This document shows, in pieces, positions 9,156 through 17,246 of a stretch of 64,000 nucleotides of DNA. Source of the DNA: Nitrospirota bacterium (GTDB lineage Bacteria > Nitrospirota > UBA9217). Below the pieces are notes generated by a model. That model had not been told where the DNA came from, did no database searches, and was given only the letters and a program-made list of their open reading frames with translations. The translations under genes and the position numbers were made by a program. Within the stretch, counting starts at the first letter, position 1. Each line of letters opens with the position of its first letter. Where the stretch lies: positions 285 to 64,284 of the forward strand of contig JBARBN010000053.1 in the NCBI GenBank assembly GCA_049793155.1, given 5' to 3'.

Positions 9156-10424
9156 ATGAAAAAGGGTACGTTGCTGGGGGTTTTGGTTTTTTTTCTGGTT
9201 GTCATGATGATGCCGTATGAGTCTTACGCTGTTCCGTCCTATGCCCGTCAGGTCCAGAAGCCCTGCACTGCCTGTCACACCGTCTGGGGAAACCTGAACC
9301 AGTACGGAAGACAGTTCAAGGTCAAGGCGTATACCGATGTGAGCGAGAAATGGGAGATGATCAACAAGGACAACATGAACCTGCCGACGATCGCCCCGTT
9401 TTCCACGAGGGTCGTCCTTGAGCCATATGTAAAAGACAACACTCCCGGTGCCCCGGGCTCGACCAGCGACGTCAATCAAGTTGCGATATTCATGGCAAGC
9501 AGGGTTTTTGATTACGCCGGCGTATTTGCGAGCGCCGAGGCCGATGGCTTTTCCGCCACCTCGGGCGGCGGTACATTTAGCATACCGACTGTAAAAGTGG
9601 CTTTTCAGTATCCCCTGGGAGAGGGCAATACCATAGGCCTGGTCGCCTTCGGAGGGCTCGCCGCATCAGCAGATCCCTTTAACACCTTGGGAGGCAGGGA
9701 CCGGGACCTGTCTTTTGATGACGGGACTCCCTTTATCCTTAATACAGGCTGGACGTTCAATTTCTGGAGCGGAACGAACATCGGTGAAGTTCTTCACGGC
9801 TACTTCCTCGGCAACCGTCTCTATGCTGCCGTGGGCGTAATGAGGGGCGGGAACACAGCGGATGGTATAGCCGGCCTGTCAAACGCCGATAATTCAGATC
9901 CCAATGATATGTACTATCGCATTGCCTGGGACCAGAAACTTCCGAACGGCGCGGTCACCTTCGGAGGCGTTCTTTACGATGGCAAACAGAGGATTACCAC
10001 TGGAGGCTTACCCTCCTATGATTCCAAGGTTAAAAGGTCGTATGTTGACCTATCGTTGGAGCAAAACTACGGAGAGGACCATATCGTCGAATTGCAGGTA
10101 CTCTACGGCGGCGGCGAGGACAAGAACGTATTTAACGACGACACGGGGGGAAGAAAGTTCAGCGGTTCCTATGTTCAGGCTGATTATTACTATGACAGGA
10201 CGATCGGCGTGATAGCTTCTCTCAACAACATAAAATACAAGGATGTCTTAGCAACAGACCTGACCCCGATTGACAAAGTCGATCAATGGCTTGTCGGCGT
10301 TAATTACATGCCCTGGCTGAACACGAAAGTGGCCCTTCAATATGCGAACGCCAAGACAACGATGTTGGACGGCACGGATTCAACCAACAGGATCACGAGA
10401 CTCGTGTTGGATCTCCTGTACTAA
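9156..10424 (+). CDS. outer-membrane monoheme cytochrome-porin fusion (Cyc2/Cyt572-like)
   Basis: Signal peptide, then a single CxxCH (KPCTACH) about 12 residues into the mature protein. After that come about 380 aa with no further Cys, rich in Gly and aromatics with an alternating beta-strand pattern, ending ...LVLDLLY (C-terminal aromatic). Confidence 0.6.
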   Translation: MKKGTLLGVLVFFLVVMMMPYESYAVPSYARQVQKPCTACHTVWGNLNQYGRQFKVKAYTDVSEKWEMINKDNMNLPTIAPFSTRVVLEPYVKDNTPGAPGSTSDVNQVAIFMASRVFDYAGVFASAEADGFSATSGGGTFSIPTVKVAFQYPLGEGNTIGLVAFGGLAASADPFNTLGGRDRDLSFDDGTPFILNTGWTFNFWSGTNIGEVLHGYFLGNRLYAAVGVMRGGNTADGIAGLSNADNSDPNDMYYRIAWDQKLPNGAVTFGGVLYDGKQRITTGGLPSYDSKVKRSYVDLSLEQNYGEDHIVELQVLYGGGEDKNVFNDDTGGRKFSGSYVQADYYYDRTIGVIASLNNIKYKDVLATDLTPIDKVDQWLVGVNYMPWLNTKVALQYANAKTTMLDGTDSTNRITRLVLDLLY

Positions 10425-10440
10425 CTGACATAGTAGCATT

Positions 10441-10468
10441 CTCCCGGGGGCCGGCCGGTCCCCGGGGT
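10441..10468 (+). terminator. GC-rich hairpin between the cytochrome-porin gene and the bd-like oxidase gene (possible attenuator or RNA-stability element)
   Basis: cccgggg (10443-10449) pairs with ccccggg (10460-10466). It lies in the only sizeable gap (71 nt) of the operon. The downstream T-run is weak. Confidence 0.3.
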
Positions 10469-10495
10469 CTTTCCTAAACAAGCTGGAGGTACATA

Positions 10496-12241
10496 ATGGC
10501 GGAAGCCGATGTGAAAAAAGGCATCCTGAAGGGAATTGTTAAATTTACTGCCACTCTCGGCGCTGGCTTTATACTCCTCGTTGTTCTTAAAAATATGCTG
10601 GCCGCGCCTTCAGAGGACGGATACCGGTTCTTCCCCCTTATCGGAAGCAGGGACTGGATCTGGATCATCGCCCAGCTCCACCTGAATTTCGCCGCCTTCG
10701 TCCTGGGGGTCCCCATCTTTGCGGTTGCGATGGAGTTCATGGGATGGAAAAAGAAGGATGAGAGACTGGATCGTATCGCGTATGACTTTACCAAGCTTTT
10801 TACGCTGGCGTATAGCGTGACGGCGGTTATGGGCTCTTTCTTTCTCATCAGTCTTCCGCTGCTCTACCCTAAATTTATCGATTATATGATGAAGATACTC
10901 GGGCCCACCTGGTGGTTGTACCTCATCGTGATGTATGGAGAGGTGTTCGTCTGTTATTATTATTTTTATTCCTGGAAAAAATTGAAAGAACGGAAGGGCT
11001 TTCATGTCGCCGTGGGCGTGCTGTTGAATATCCTCGGGGCGACGCTGCTTTTGATCACCAGTTCATGGGTCGGATTCATGACCACCCCGGCAGGCGTGAA
11101 CGCGGACGGTGATCTGGTCAGCAGATGGGCCGCGATCCACACTCACATGTGGATACCCCTGTCCATGCATCGGTTCGTGGCCAACATCGTATTCGGGGCA
11201 GGGATCGCCGCGGCCTATGCGGCCTTCAGATTCATTACCGCAGAGACGGATGAAGAACGGGCATATTTTGACTGGATGGGCTATACCTCGGCGATCATAT
11301 CGATCGGGGCCTCACTCCTGCTGCCCGGTGTCGGGTATCTTCTCGGTGTCGAGATCTATTCCTTCAATGAACAAATGGGCATCCAGCTCATGGGAGGATT
11401 TTTCGCGTGGTTGTGGGTCATGCAGTCCATCATGATCGGCGCGATCCTGTTCTTCATCAATTATTATCTCTGGATATCTCTCCAAAAAATGCCGGGAGGT
11501 GAACGGTATTTCACGCATGTAAAATTCATATTTATTGCACTGGTCATAGGCTATGCGGTCTGGCTCGTGCCCCATGATGTAGCGCTGAGCCTCGAAGAGG
11601 CACGGCGGACGGGCACGTATCATCCCGCACTGGGCAAACTGGGCGTCATGGCCGCAAAGAACACCGCTGTAATCCTTTCCTATCTCGCCACTTTTTTGAG
11701 CTTCGCCATTTTCCGGATGAGCAACAAAGAGGCGACCGTTTCCTGGGCCAAAAAAGGGAATATCGCCCGGACGCTGATCATTGTCGGCTCAGTCGCCGGC
11801 GTGCTGGGGATCGGCATCTACAGTTATTACGTCTCCGCGGCAGTAAGAGTGAAGGTCCTTTCACCCATCCAGTTCGGTATCTTCTTCCTTTCCCTTGTTG
11901 CCCTGTATGTTCTTGACAGCGCCATGTATAAGGGCGCCCGGATCATCGGCGAACCGAGGTGGGGCAAGATGCCCGAGCGATCGCAGTATGCGCTTATCGC
12001 GATAACCGTGACCTTTACCTGGCTGATGGGGATGCTGGGCTACATGAGGGCCGGCGCAAGGCAATACTGGCATGTGTACGGGATCATGAAGAACACGAGC
12101 CCGGACGCCTATCTGCCCACCCATGGATATGCATCGGTCATTGTCACGATCGTCACGCTGCTTTTTCTGCTCCTTATCTCCTTTGTCTTTTGGAGCATCA
12201 TGAAACTTGAGAAGGTCCTTGGTGAAAGGAAGGGGAACTGA
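10496..12241 (+). CDS. cytochrome bd-like oxidase, CydA-related subunit (orphan, about 14 TM)
   Basis: 581 aa with about 14 hydrophobic helices by eye. WIWIIAQLHLNFAAFVLGVPIF resembles the CydA helix-1 His region (..MYHFLFVPLTLG..). SMHRFVANIVFGAGIAAAYAAF resembles the CydA His186 region. No cydB-like gene is adjacent. Confidence 0.6.
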   Translation: MAEADVKKGILKGIVKFTATLGAGFILLVVLKNMLAAPSEDGYRFFPLIGSRDWIWIIAQLHLNFAAFVLGVPIFAVAMEFMGWKKKDERLDRIAYDFTKLFTLAYSVTAVMGSFFLISLPLLYPKFIDYMMKILGPTWWLYLIVMYGEVFVCYYYFYSWKKLKERKGFHVAVGVLLNILGATLLLITSSWVGFMTTPAGVNADGDLVSRWAAIHTHMWIPLSMHRFVANIVFGAGIAAAYAAFRFITAETDEERAYFDWMGYTSAIISIGASLLLPGVGYLLGVEIYSFNEQMGIQLMGGFFAWLWVMQSIMIGAILFFINYYLWISLQKMPGGERYFTHVKFIFIALVIGYAVWLVPHDVALSLEEARRTGTYHPALGKLGVMAAKNTAVILSYLATFLSFAIFRMSNKEATVSWAKKGNIARTLIIVGSVAGVLGIGIYSYYVSAAVRVKVLSPIQFGIFFLSLVALYVLDSAMYKGARIIGEPRWGKMPERSQYALIAITVTFTWLMGMLGYMRAGARQYWHVYGIMKNTSPDAYLPTHGYASVIVTIVTLLFLLLISFVFWSIMKLEKVLGERKGN

Positions 12242-12756
12242 TGAAAAAGGGCGTCTTGAAGCTCGCGATCATCGTCATTGGCCTGAACTTGATCTTTCTT
12301 TATATTGGTCTGGAGTTTCTTCCCCAGTCGGAATCCAGGCCGCCGAAGGTGATCAAGATCGCGGAAGGCATCTCCCAGGAAGACCTGATCCAGGTCGGCG
12401 AGGAGATCGTTTTTGGAAAAGGCCAGTGCATGGTATGTCACCCGGCAAAACCTGAATCGGGAATGCGGGCTCCATCCATGGCCGCAATAGGAGCAGACCT
12501 GGAGAAGGAGGCCCGCGAGCGGGGGATGACGTCCGAAGATGTTGTTTTCGAGGCCCTTATCAACCCCTCCAAATACATCGTAAAGGGGTTTGAAGACAGC
12601 ATGTCGCGCGTGGACAAGCCTCCGACGTCGCTGACCGACGGGGAGATCATAGCAGTAGCAGCATATCTGCAGAGCCATGGAGGAAAAGTCACGCTTTCCT
12701 ATCCCGGTTCTGTCCCGATCCTGAAGGGCCAAATAGCAAAGTCAGGAGGGAAGTAA
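12241..12756 (+). CDS. membrane-anchored monoheme c-type cytochrome
   Basis: N-terminal TM helix, one CxxCH (GQCMVCH) and a distal Met region. Its ATG overlaps the upstream stop (TGATG). Confidence 0.8.
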   Translation: MKKGVLKLAIIVIGLNLIFLYIGLEFLPQSESRPPKVIKIAEGISQEDLIQVGEEIVFGKGQCMVCHPAKPESGMRAPSMAAIGADLEKEARERGMTSEDVVFEALINPSKYIVKGFEDSMSRVDKPPTSLTDGEIIAVAAYLQSHGGKVTLSYPGSVPILKGQIAKSGGK

Positions 12757-12757
12757 G

Positions 12758-13561
12758 ATGCAATTCATATTCCCCATCATCACTTTGATCGGTTTGACGA
12801 TCTCGATCATCTCCAGTATGAAAAAATCCCCGTTCTTCAACTTCGTGGGTATCCAGATGGCCATCTACGGAGGATTGAAAAGTCTGGCGCTCGTCATGCC
12901 TCCTCTGCCGGGACAAGTTGTTGTCATGCTCGTGATCATGTCCTTCTTTTCGTTTCTCATCTATTTTTCGATCCAGGATGATACGCTGAAGGCCTTTCTT
13001 GAGCCCATGAGAGCGGTCATTGCCGACGATGACAAAAGAATTTTGAGGATACTCATCGTATATGTCCTCATACCCCTGCTGGCCGGATATATAACCTACG
13101 TAGAGGTAAAGCCTGCGTTTGAACCTCCGTTGTCGGGGAGGATCACCCATCCCGAGCCACCGTCGGAGATCGACTTTAAAGGAGACACAATAAAGATACT
13201 CGGATTGGAGAACCCCCTGCGAAAGGATTCTGCGAATCTTTCGAAGTATGGCGAAGAGGGGAAAGTAATTTACTTCCAGAACTGTTTCATCTGTCACGGC
13301 GCTGACTTGGACGGTCGGGGACAATTTGCCCAGGCATTTAATCCGCCGCCGCCTCCCTTCCGGGGCACGGATACGATCGCGCAGCTGCCGGAGTCCTATG
13401 TGTTCTGGAGGATAGCAAAGGGATGGACGGGTCTTTCCGCGGGCGCGACCCCATGGGATTCAGCCATGCCGGCATTTGAGAATATACTTACACAGGAACA
13501 GACGTGGAAGGTGATCCTCTATATGTATGAAGCTACCGGTAACAAACCAAGGACATGGTAA
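12758..13561 (+). CDS. polytopic membrane protein with a C-terminal monoheme cytochrome c domain
   Basis: 3-4 N-terminal TM helices followed by YFQNCFICHGADLDGRG ...WDSAMPAF (class I cytochrome c). There is a 1-nt gap to the upstream gene. Confidence 0.75.
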   Translation: MQFIFPIITLIGLTISIISSMKKSPFFNFVGIQMAIYGGLKSLALVMPPLPGQVVVMLVIMSFFSFLIYFSIQDDTLKAFLEPMRAVIADDDKRILRILIVYVLIPLLAGYITYVEVKPAFEPPLSGRITHPEPPSEIDFKGDTIKILGLENPLRKDSANLSKYGEEGKVIYFQNCFICHGADLDGRGQFAQAFNPPPPPFRGTDTIAQLPESYVFWRIAKGWTGLSAGATPWDSAMPAFENILTQEQTWKVILYMYEATGNKPRTW

Positions 13562-13586
13562 GGATATGCGGAAGGGAGATTCTCCA

Positions 13587-15008
13587 ATGAGGTTTTTTAT
13601 TGCCCTTGTTTTGCTCGCGTCAATTCCAATGACCGCACTTTCCGAAGAGAAGGGAAAGGCCCTCTATGATCAGTCGTGCGCTTCATGCCATGGGGAAAAG
13701 GGCGATGGGAAGGGCCCGGCGGCTGATTTCGTGTTCCCGAAACCAAGGGATTTTACGAAGGGCACGTACAAATTCAAATCCACGGGGTCGGGTGAGCCGG
13801 CCCTTGATTCGGACATTCTCCGGACAATACGGGAGGGAAATCCCGGTACGTCGATGCCTGCCTGGAAACGCTTCAGCGATGATGAGGCCAAAGCGCTTGT
13901 CGTTTATCTGAAGCAGTTTTCTCCGGATACCTTTTCGATACAAGGCGCCCCTTTCAAGATAGGTAATCCGCCGGGCAACAAGGATAAGATGATAGCACTC
14001 GGGAAGGAACTGTACCAGTCGGTGAAGTGCTGGGAATGTCACGGCAAGGCCGGCAGGGGCGACGGCGAGAAGGGATGGCAGGAAAAGTTCAAGGACGATT
14101 GGGGCAACAAGATATATCCTGCAGACCAGACAAGTCCCTGGGAATACAGGGCAGGCAGTGATCCGAAGGATGTGTTAAAAACGATTTCAGTCGGTTTCGA
14201 CGGTACGCCCATGACCTCATACGGAGATACGGTCACGGAGGAGAAGAGGTGGGCGCTTGCGTATTTTGTGCAATCGCAGCAGCAGACAAGGGTCCTCGGC
14301 CCGGCATTGCGGGTGAAAAAAGTGGAGGCCATCCCCGCTGCAACCGACGATCCGGTCTGGCAGGGCGTTGAGTATCTTGATCTTCCGATGGCAGGACAGG
14401 TGATCTTTGAGCCGCGTGATTTTACCGCGTTGATCACCAATGCGCGGGTACGAGGGGTCTATAGCAAGACCGAGTTGGCAGTGATGATAGAGTGGACCGA
14501 CAAACAGCAAAACAAGGGTGAGGACAATCTCCCCCCCGACGCAGCACGTATACAGTTCCCGACCAAAGCCCCGGAAGTAGCCAAGCCGTACTTATTCATG
14601 GGGGACAAGAAACTGGGGGTCAATATCTGGCAATGGAAGGCCTCTGACAATCTTGCTGTTGAATTCACTGCAGCAGGACCCGAGAATCTGACTCAGCAGG
14701 AAAAACAGGACGTGAAAGTAACTGCTGCGTTTACAGATGGACGCTATAGGGTCATGTTCAGGAGGCTGTTGAACTCAGCCAATGAAAACCACACCGTTTT
14801 TGAAGTCGGCAAGTTTATGCCGTTTTCGGTTACCCTCTACGATGGTCGTAATAATGAGTCGGACAAGAAGGGGGCGATCTCAGCTTGGTATTACCTGGTG
14901 CCGGAGCCGGCAACGCCTGCGAAGGTTTATATGCTCCCGCCCCTGGTATTCCTTGTCATACTCGGCATCGGCTTTATATTGCACAAGAAGTTGAGGAAGA
15001 AACGTTAG
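13587..15008 (+). CDS. diheme cytochrome c fused to an EB_dh/DOMON-like (heme b type) domain, with a C-terminal TM anchor
   Basis: Signal peptide MRFFIALVLLASIPMTALS. CASCHGEKGDGKG and CWECHGKAGRGDG. A roughly 200-aa domain, DDPVWQGVEYLDLPMAGQ..., resembles the ethylbenzene-dehydrogenase gamma family. C-terminus VYMLPPLVFLVILGIGFILHKKLRKKR. An alternative start exists at 13566. Confidence 0.65.
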   Translation: MRFFIALVLLASIPMTALSEEKGKALYDQSCASCHGEKGDGKGPAADFVFPKPRDFTKGTYKFKSTGSGEPALDSDILRTIREGNPGTSMPAWKRFSDDEAKALVVYLKQFSPDTFSIQGAPFKIGNPPGNKDKMIALGKELYQSVKCWECHGKAGRGDGEKGWQEKFKDDWGNKIYPADQTSPWEYRAGSDPKDVLKTISVGFDGTPMTSYGDTVTEEKRWALAYFVQSQQQTRVLGPALRVKKVEAIPAATDDPVWQGVEYLDLPMAGQVIFEPRDFTALITNARVRGVYSKTELAVMIEWTDKQQNKGEDNLPPDAARIQFPTKAPEVAKPYLFMGDKKLGVNIWQWKASDNLAVEFTAAGPENLTQQEKQDVKVTAAFTDGRYRVMFRRLLNSANENHTVFEVGKFMPFSVTLYDGRNNESDKKGAISAWYYLVPEPATPAKVYMLPPLVFLVILGIGFILHKKLRKKR

Positions 15009-15025
15009 GCAGGAGAATCATCGGC

Positions 15026-16021
15026 ATGTACAAAAAAATATTTATCCCTATAGATAACTCGAAATATTCCCGCTACTGTACCGACATTGGGGTGTCCCTG
15101 GCTTCCAAGCTCGGTTCCGAACTGATCGGCAGCCACGTCTACAGCGCGCGTTTGCACGACAAGCGGTTCCGGGACATGGAGGCAGGACTGCCCGGGCATT
15201 ATCAGGAGGAAGGCAGACTGCGGAAATCGAGAAAGGTCCACGATTCCCTGATCGGGGACGGGTTGAGAATAATCTCCGATTCTTATCTGGAATCCTTTAA
15301 AAAGGACTGCAGGGAATCCTCAGTGCCGTTCAATTGTAAAATGATGGAGGGGAAAAACTGGCTGGAGCTGGTAAAAGACATCCGAAGCAGCGGCTATGAT
15401 CTGGTGATCATGGGGATCCTCGGCCTCGGCGCGATGAACGGCAACCTTATCGGGAGTGTCTGTGAACGGGTAGTGCGGAAGGTCACGGCAGATGTCCTGG
15501 TCGTAAAGAACAGTGAACCGCTCAATGAACGGATCGTCGTGGCGATCGACGGCAGCGATCATTCCTTTTCGGCATTGAAAAAAGCACTGGCCCTGAACAA
15601 ACAGTTTCATTCGAAGATCGAGGCCGTATCCGTTTATGACCCCTATTTTCACAGAAGGGCCTTCCAGGCTCTGGTGGGCGTCCTCTCAGACGAAGCCGGG
15701 AAAATGTTCAAGTTTAAGGATCAGGAAAAGCTGCACGATGAGGTCATTGATGACGGTTTGGGAAAGATATATCAGGGGTACCTTGAACAAGCTGTTCAGA
15801 TAGGGGCCGCTCAAGGGGTCGAAGTGAAAAGTACGCTTCTCGCAGGAAAGGCGTATGACGAAATCCATAAATATCTGGAAAAAGACCCGCCATCTCTTCT
15901 CATCGTAAGCCGCTTTGGTGCGCATACGACCGACGAACAGGACATCGGCAACACTGCAGAGAACCTTCTTCGCCTTGCACCGTGCAATCTGCTTATCACG
16001 GGTAATTCTCACGTTGAATGA
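15026..16021 (+). CDS. tandem universal stress protein (two UspA domains)
   Basis: MYKKIFIPIDNSKYS..., VIMGILGLG...GSVCERVVRK..DVLVVK, and a second repeat IVVAIDGSDHS...LLIVSRFG...GNTAENLLRLAPCNLLI. An AGGAGA RBS precedes the ATG at 15026. Confidence 0.8.
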   Translation: MYKKIFIPIDNSKYSRYCTDIGVSLASKLGSELIGSHVYSARLHDKRFRDMEAGLPGHYQEEGRLRKSRKVHDSLIGDGLRIISDSYLESFKKDCRESSVPFNCKMMEGKNWLELVKDIRSSGYDLVIMGILGLGAMNGNLIGSVCERVVRKVTADVLVVKNSEPLNERIVVAIDGSDHSFSALKKALALNKQFHSKIEAVSVYDPYFHRRAFQALVGVLSDEAGKMFKFKDQEKLHDEVIDDGLGKIYQGYLEQAVQIGAAQGVEVKSTLLAGKAYDEIHKYLEKDPPSLLIVSRFGAHTTDEQDIGNTAENLLRLAPCNLLITGNSHVE

Positions 16022-16081
16022 TCCTCCACAGGGCAGTTTCTCCTGAAAAGCTGCAGCGAACTCAAGGTCCCAAAATAAAAA

Positions 16082-16996
16082 ATGGAGCTGTATATGCGAT
16101 CTCCTGTGTTCACCTATTTAATAGTAACCGTTTCTCTTATATTCTCAGCGGTTCTTTTTGCGATGGGGAACCCATATGCCTACGCAGGCAACGAAGCGAT
16201 TGAGGATCAGGTTGCCGGTATTTTATCCGAGGAATCTGCGCCGGGGAAAATTAAAATACTTGTCTTAGATTTCAGCGTTTCATCCGTAGATACTGAAAGG
16301 AAACCCACTGAGAAGGAATTGAAAGACCGGGGGATTCTGTACACGGAAGAATTCATAGCCAACCTCATGAATAAGATCAGAGATTTAGGGAAACGGGACA
16401 AAATATCCATAATTGATCGCAGCAGACTGGAGGATATCCTTCGAGAAAAAAAATTGCCAATAATGGCCACTCCAGAGCGCACGGCAAGTGAAATCGGCCG
16501 TCTTGCAGGGGTAGATGTGATAATCTCCGGCAGACTGCAAATAGCAGGTAACACCATAACCGCAACGACAAAAGTGGTCAGAGTTAAAGATGGCGAAATA
16601 CTGGATATTGTAAAACAAGACAAACAGGAGAAACCATCCCCAATTGTCCATGTCCCCGTAATTATCCTGGAGAGAGTTGAAGAACTTAAAATTGGTACCT
16701 ATACGGCGTTGCCTCTGAACGTGCCCTCGGGCGGTACACTCAGCGTGACCATTGAAGTCGTTCATGGAAATCCGATCGATATAAACGTCATACCGGGATC
16801 GGATTTGGAAAACTTCAAAGTCCAAAAAAAGTTTAATAATATTTCCGATTTTATGGCCACGAAGATAAAGAGCTACAAACGCTCGGCTAAAGTTCGCAAT
16901 GGCGTTGACTATTATCTTGTACTTCGTGATAGCTCTTTGGGTATTTTTACCGCGCAGAGGAGCGAGATTAAGATCATAGTTCAACTGGAACCATGA
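16082..16996 (+). CDS. hypothetical exported or anchored protein: LpoB/FlgO/CsgG-like N-domain plus DUF1883-like C-domain
   Basis: N-terminal hydrophobic segment. KILVLDFSV...ISIIDRSRLEDILREKKL...GVDVIISGRL fits the TolB-N/LpoB-like fold pattern. The C-terminal roughly 110 aa (SGGTLSVTIEVVHGNPIDINVIPGSDLENF...YYLVLRD) resemble DUF1883. The gene is AT-rich. Confidence 0.45.
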   Translation: MELYMRSPVFTYLIVTVSLIFSAVLFAMGNPYAYAGNEAIEDQVAGILSEESAPGKIKILVLDFSVSSVDTERKPTEKELKDRGILYTEEFIANLMNKIRDLGKRDKISIIDRSRLEDILREKKLPIMATPERTASEIGRLAGVDVIISGRLQIAGNTITATTKVVRVKDGEILDIVKQDKQEKPSPIVHVPVIILERVEELKIGTYTALPLNVPSGGTLSVTIEVVHGNPIDINVIPGSDLENFKVQKKFNNISDFMATKIKSYKRSAKVRNGVDYYLVLRDSSLGIFTAQRSEIKIIVQLEP

Positions 16997-17127
16997 GATA
17001 AGACATCTCGATCAAATAAGGCGGACCTTGCTTGCCCGCAAAAGAGATTGGGGTCAGGGATGTTTAATCATCAATGAATGCGTTTGTATTAGTGGTAGAA
17101 TCGGATCGAAAATGATGGTACAATTTA

Positions 17128-17238
17128 CCCCGTTAGAGAAAACCGCTGACTCATGGAGGCGGGTTAATTTCATATATTCACGCATTCTGGTATAAAGTCA
17201 CAATTTGCTGACGTAGAGAATAAAGTTCTCTAACGGGG
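17128..17238 (+). promoter_or_regulatory. 5-prime leader with mutually exclusive pairings that cover the RBS of the radical SAM gene
   Basis: ttctctaacgggg (17226-17238, includes the GGGG RBS) can pair with the distal ccccgttagagaa (17128-17140, 13 bp). It can alternatively pair with the proximal tagagaa (17214-17220). Confidence 0.35.
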
Positions 17239-17246
17239 ATTACTTT

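Noticed and set aside
8400-13324. Minus-strand ORFs 8400..8963, 9000..9479, 12109..12732 and 12689..13324
   Set aside because: They lie antisense to the cupredoxin, cytochrome and oxidase genes. They lack RBS sequences and have Arg-rich, non-protein-like composition.
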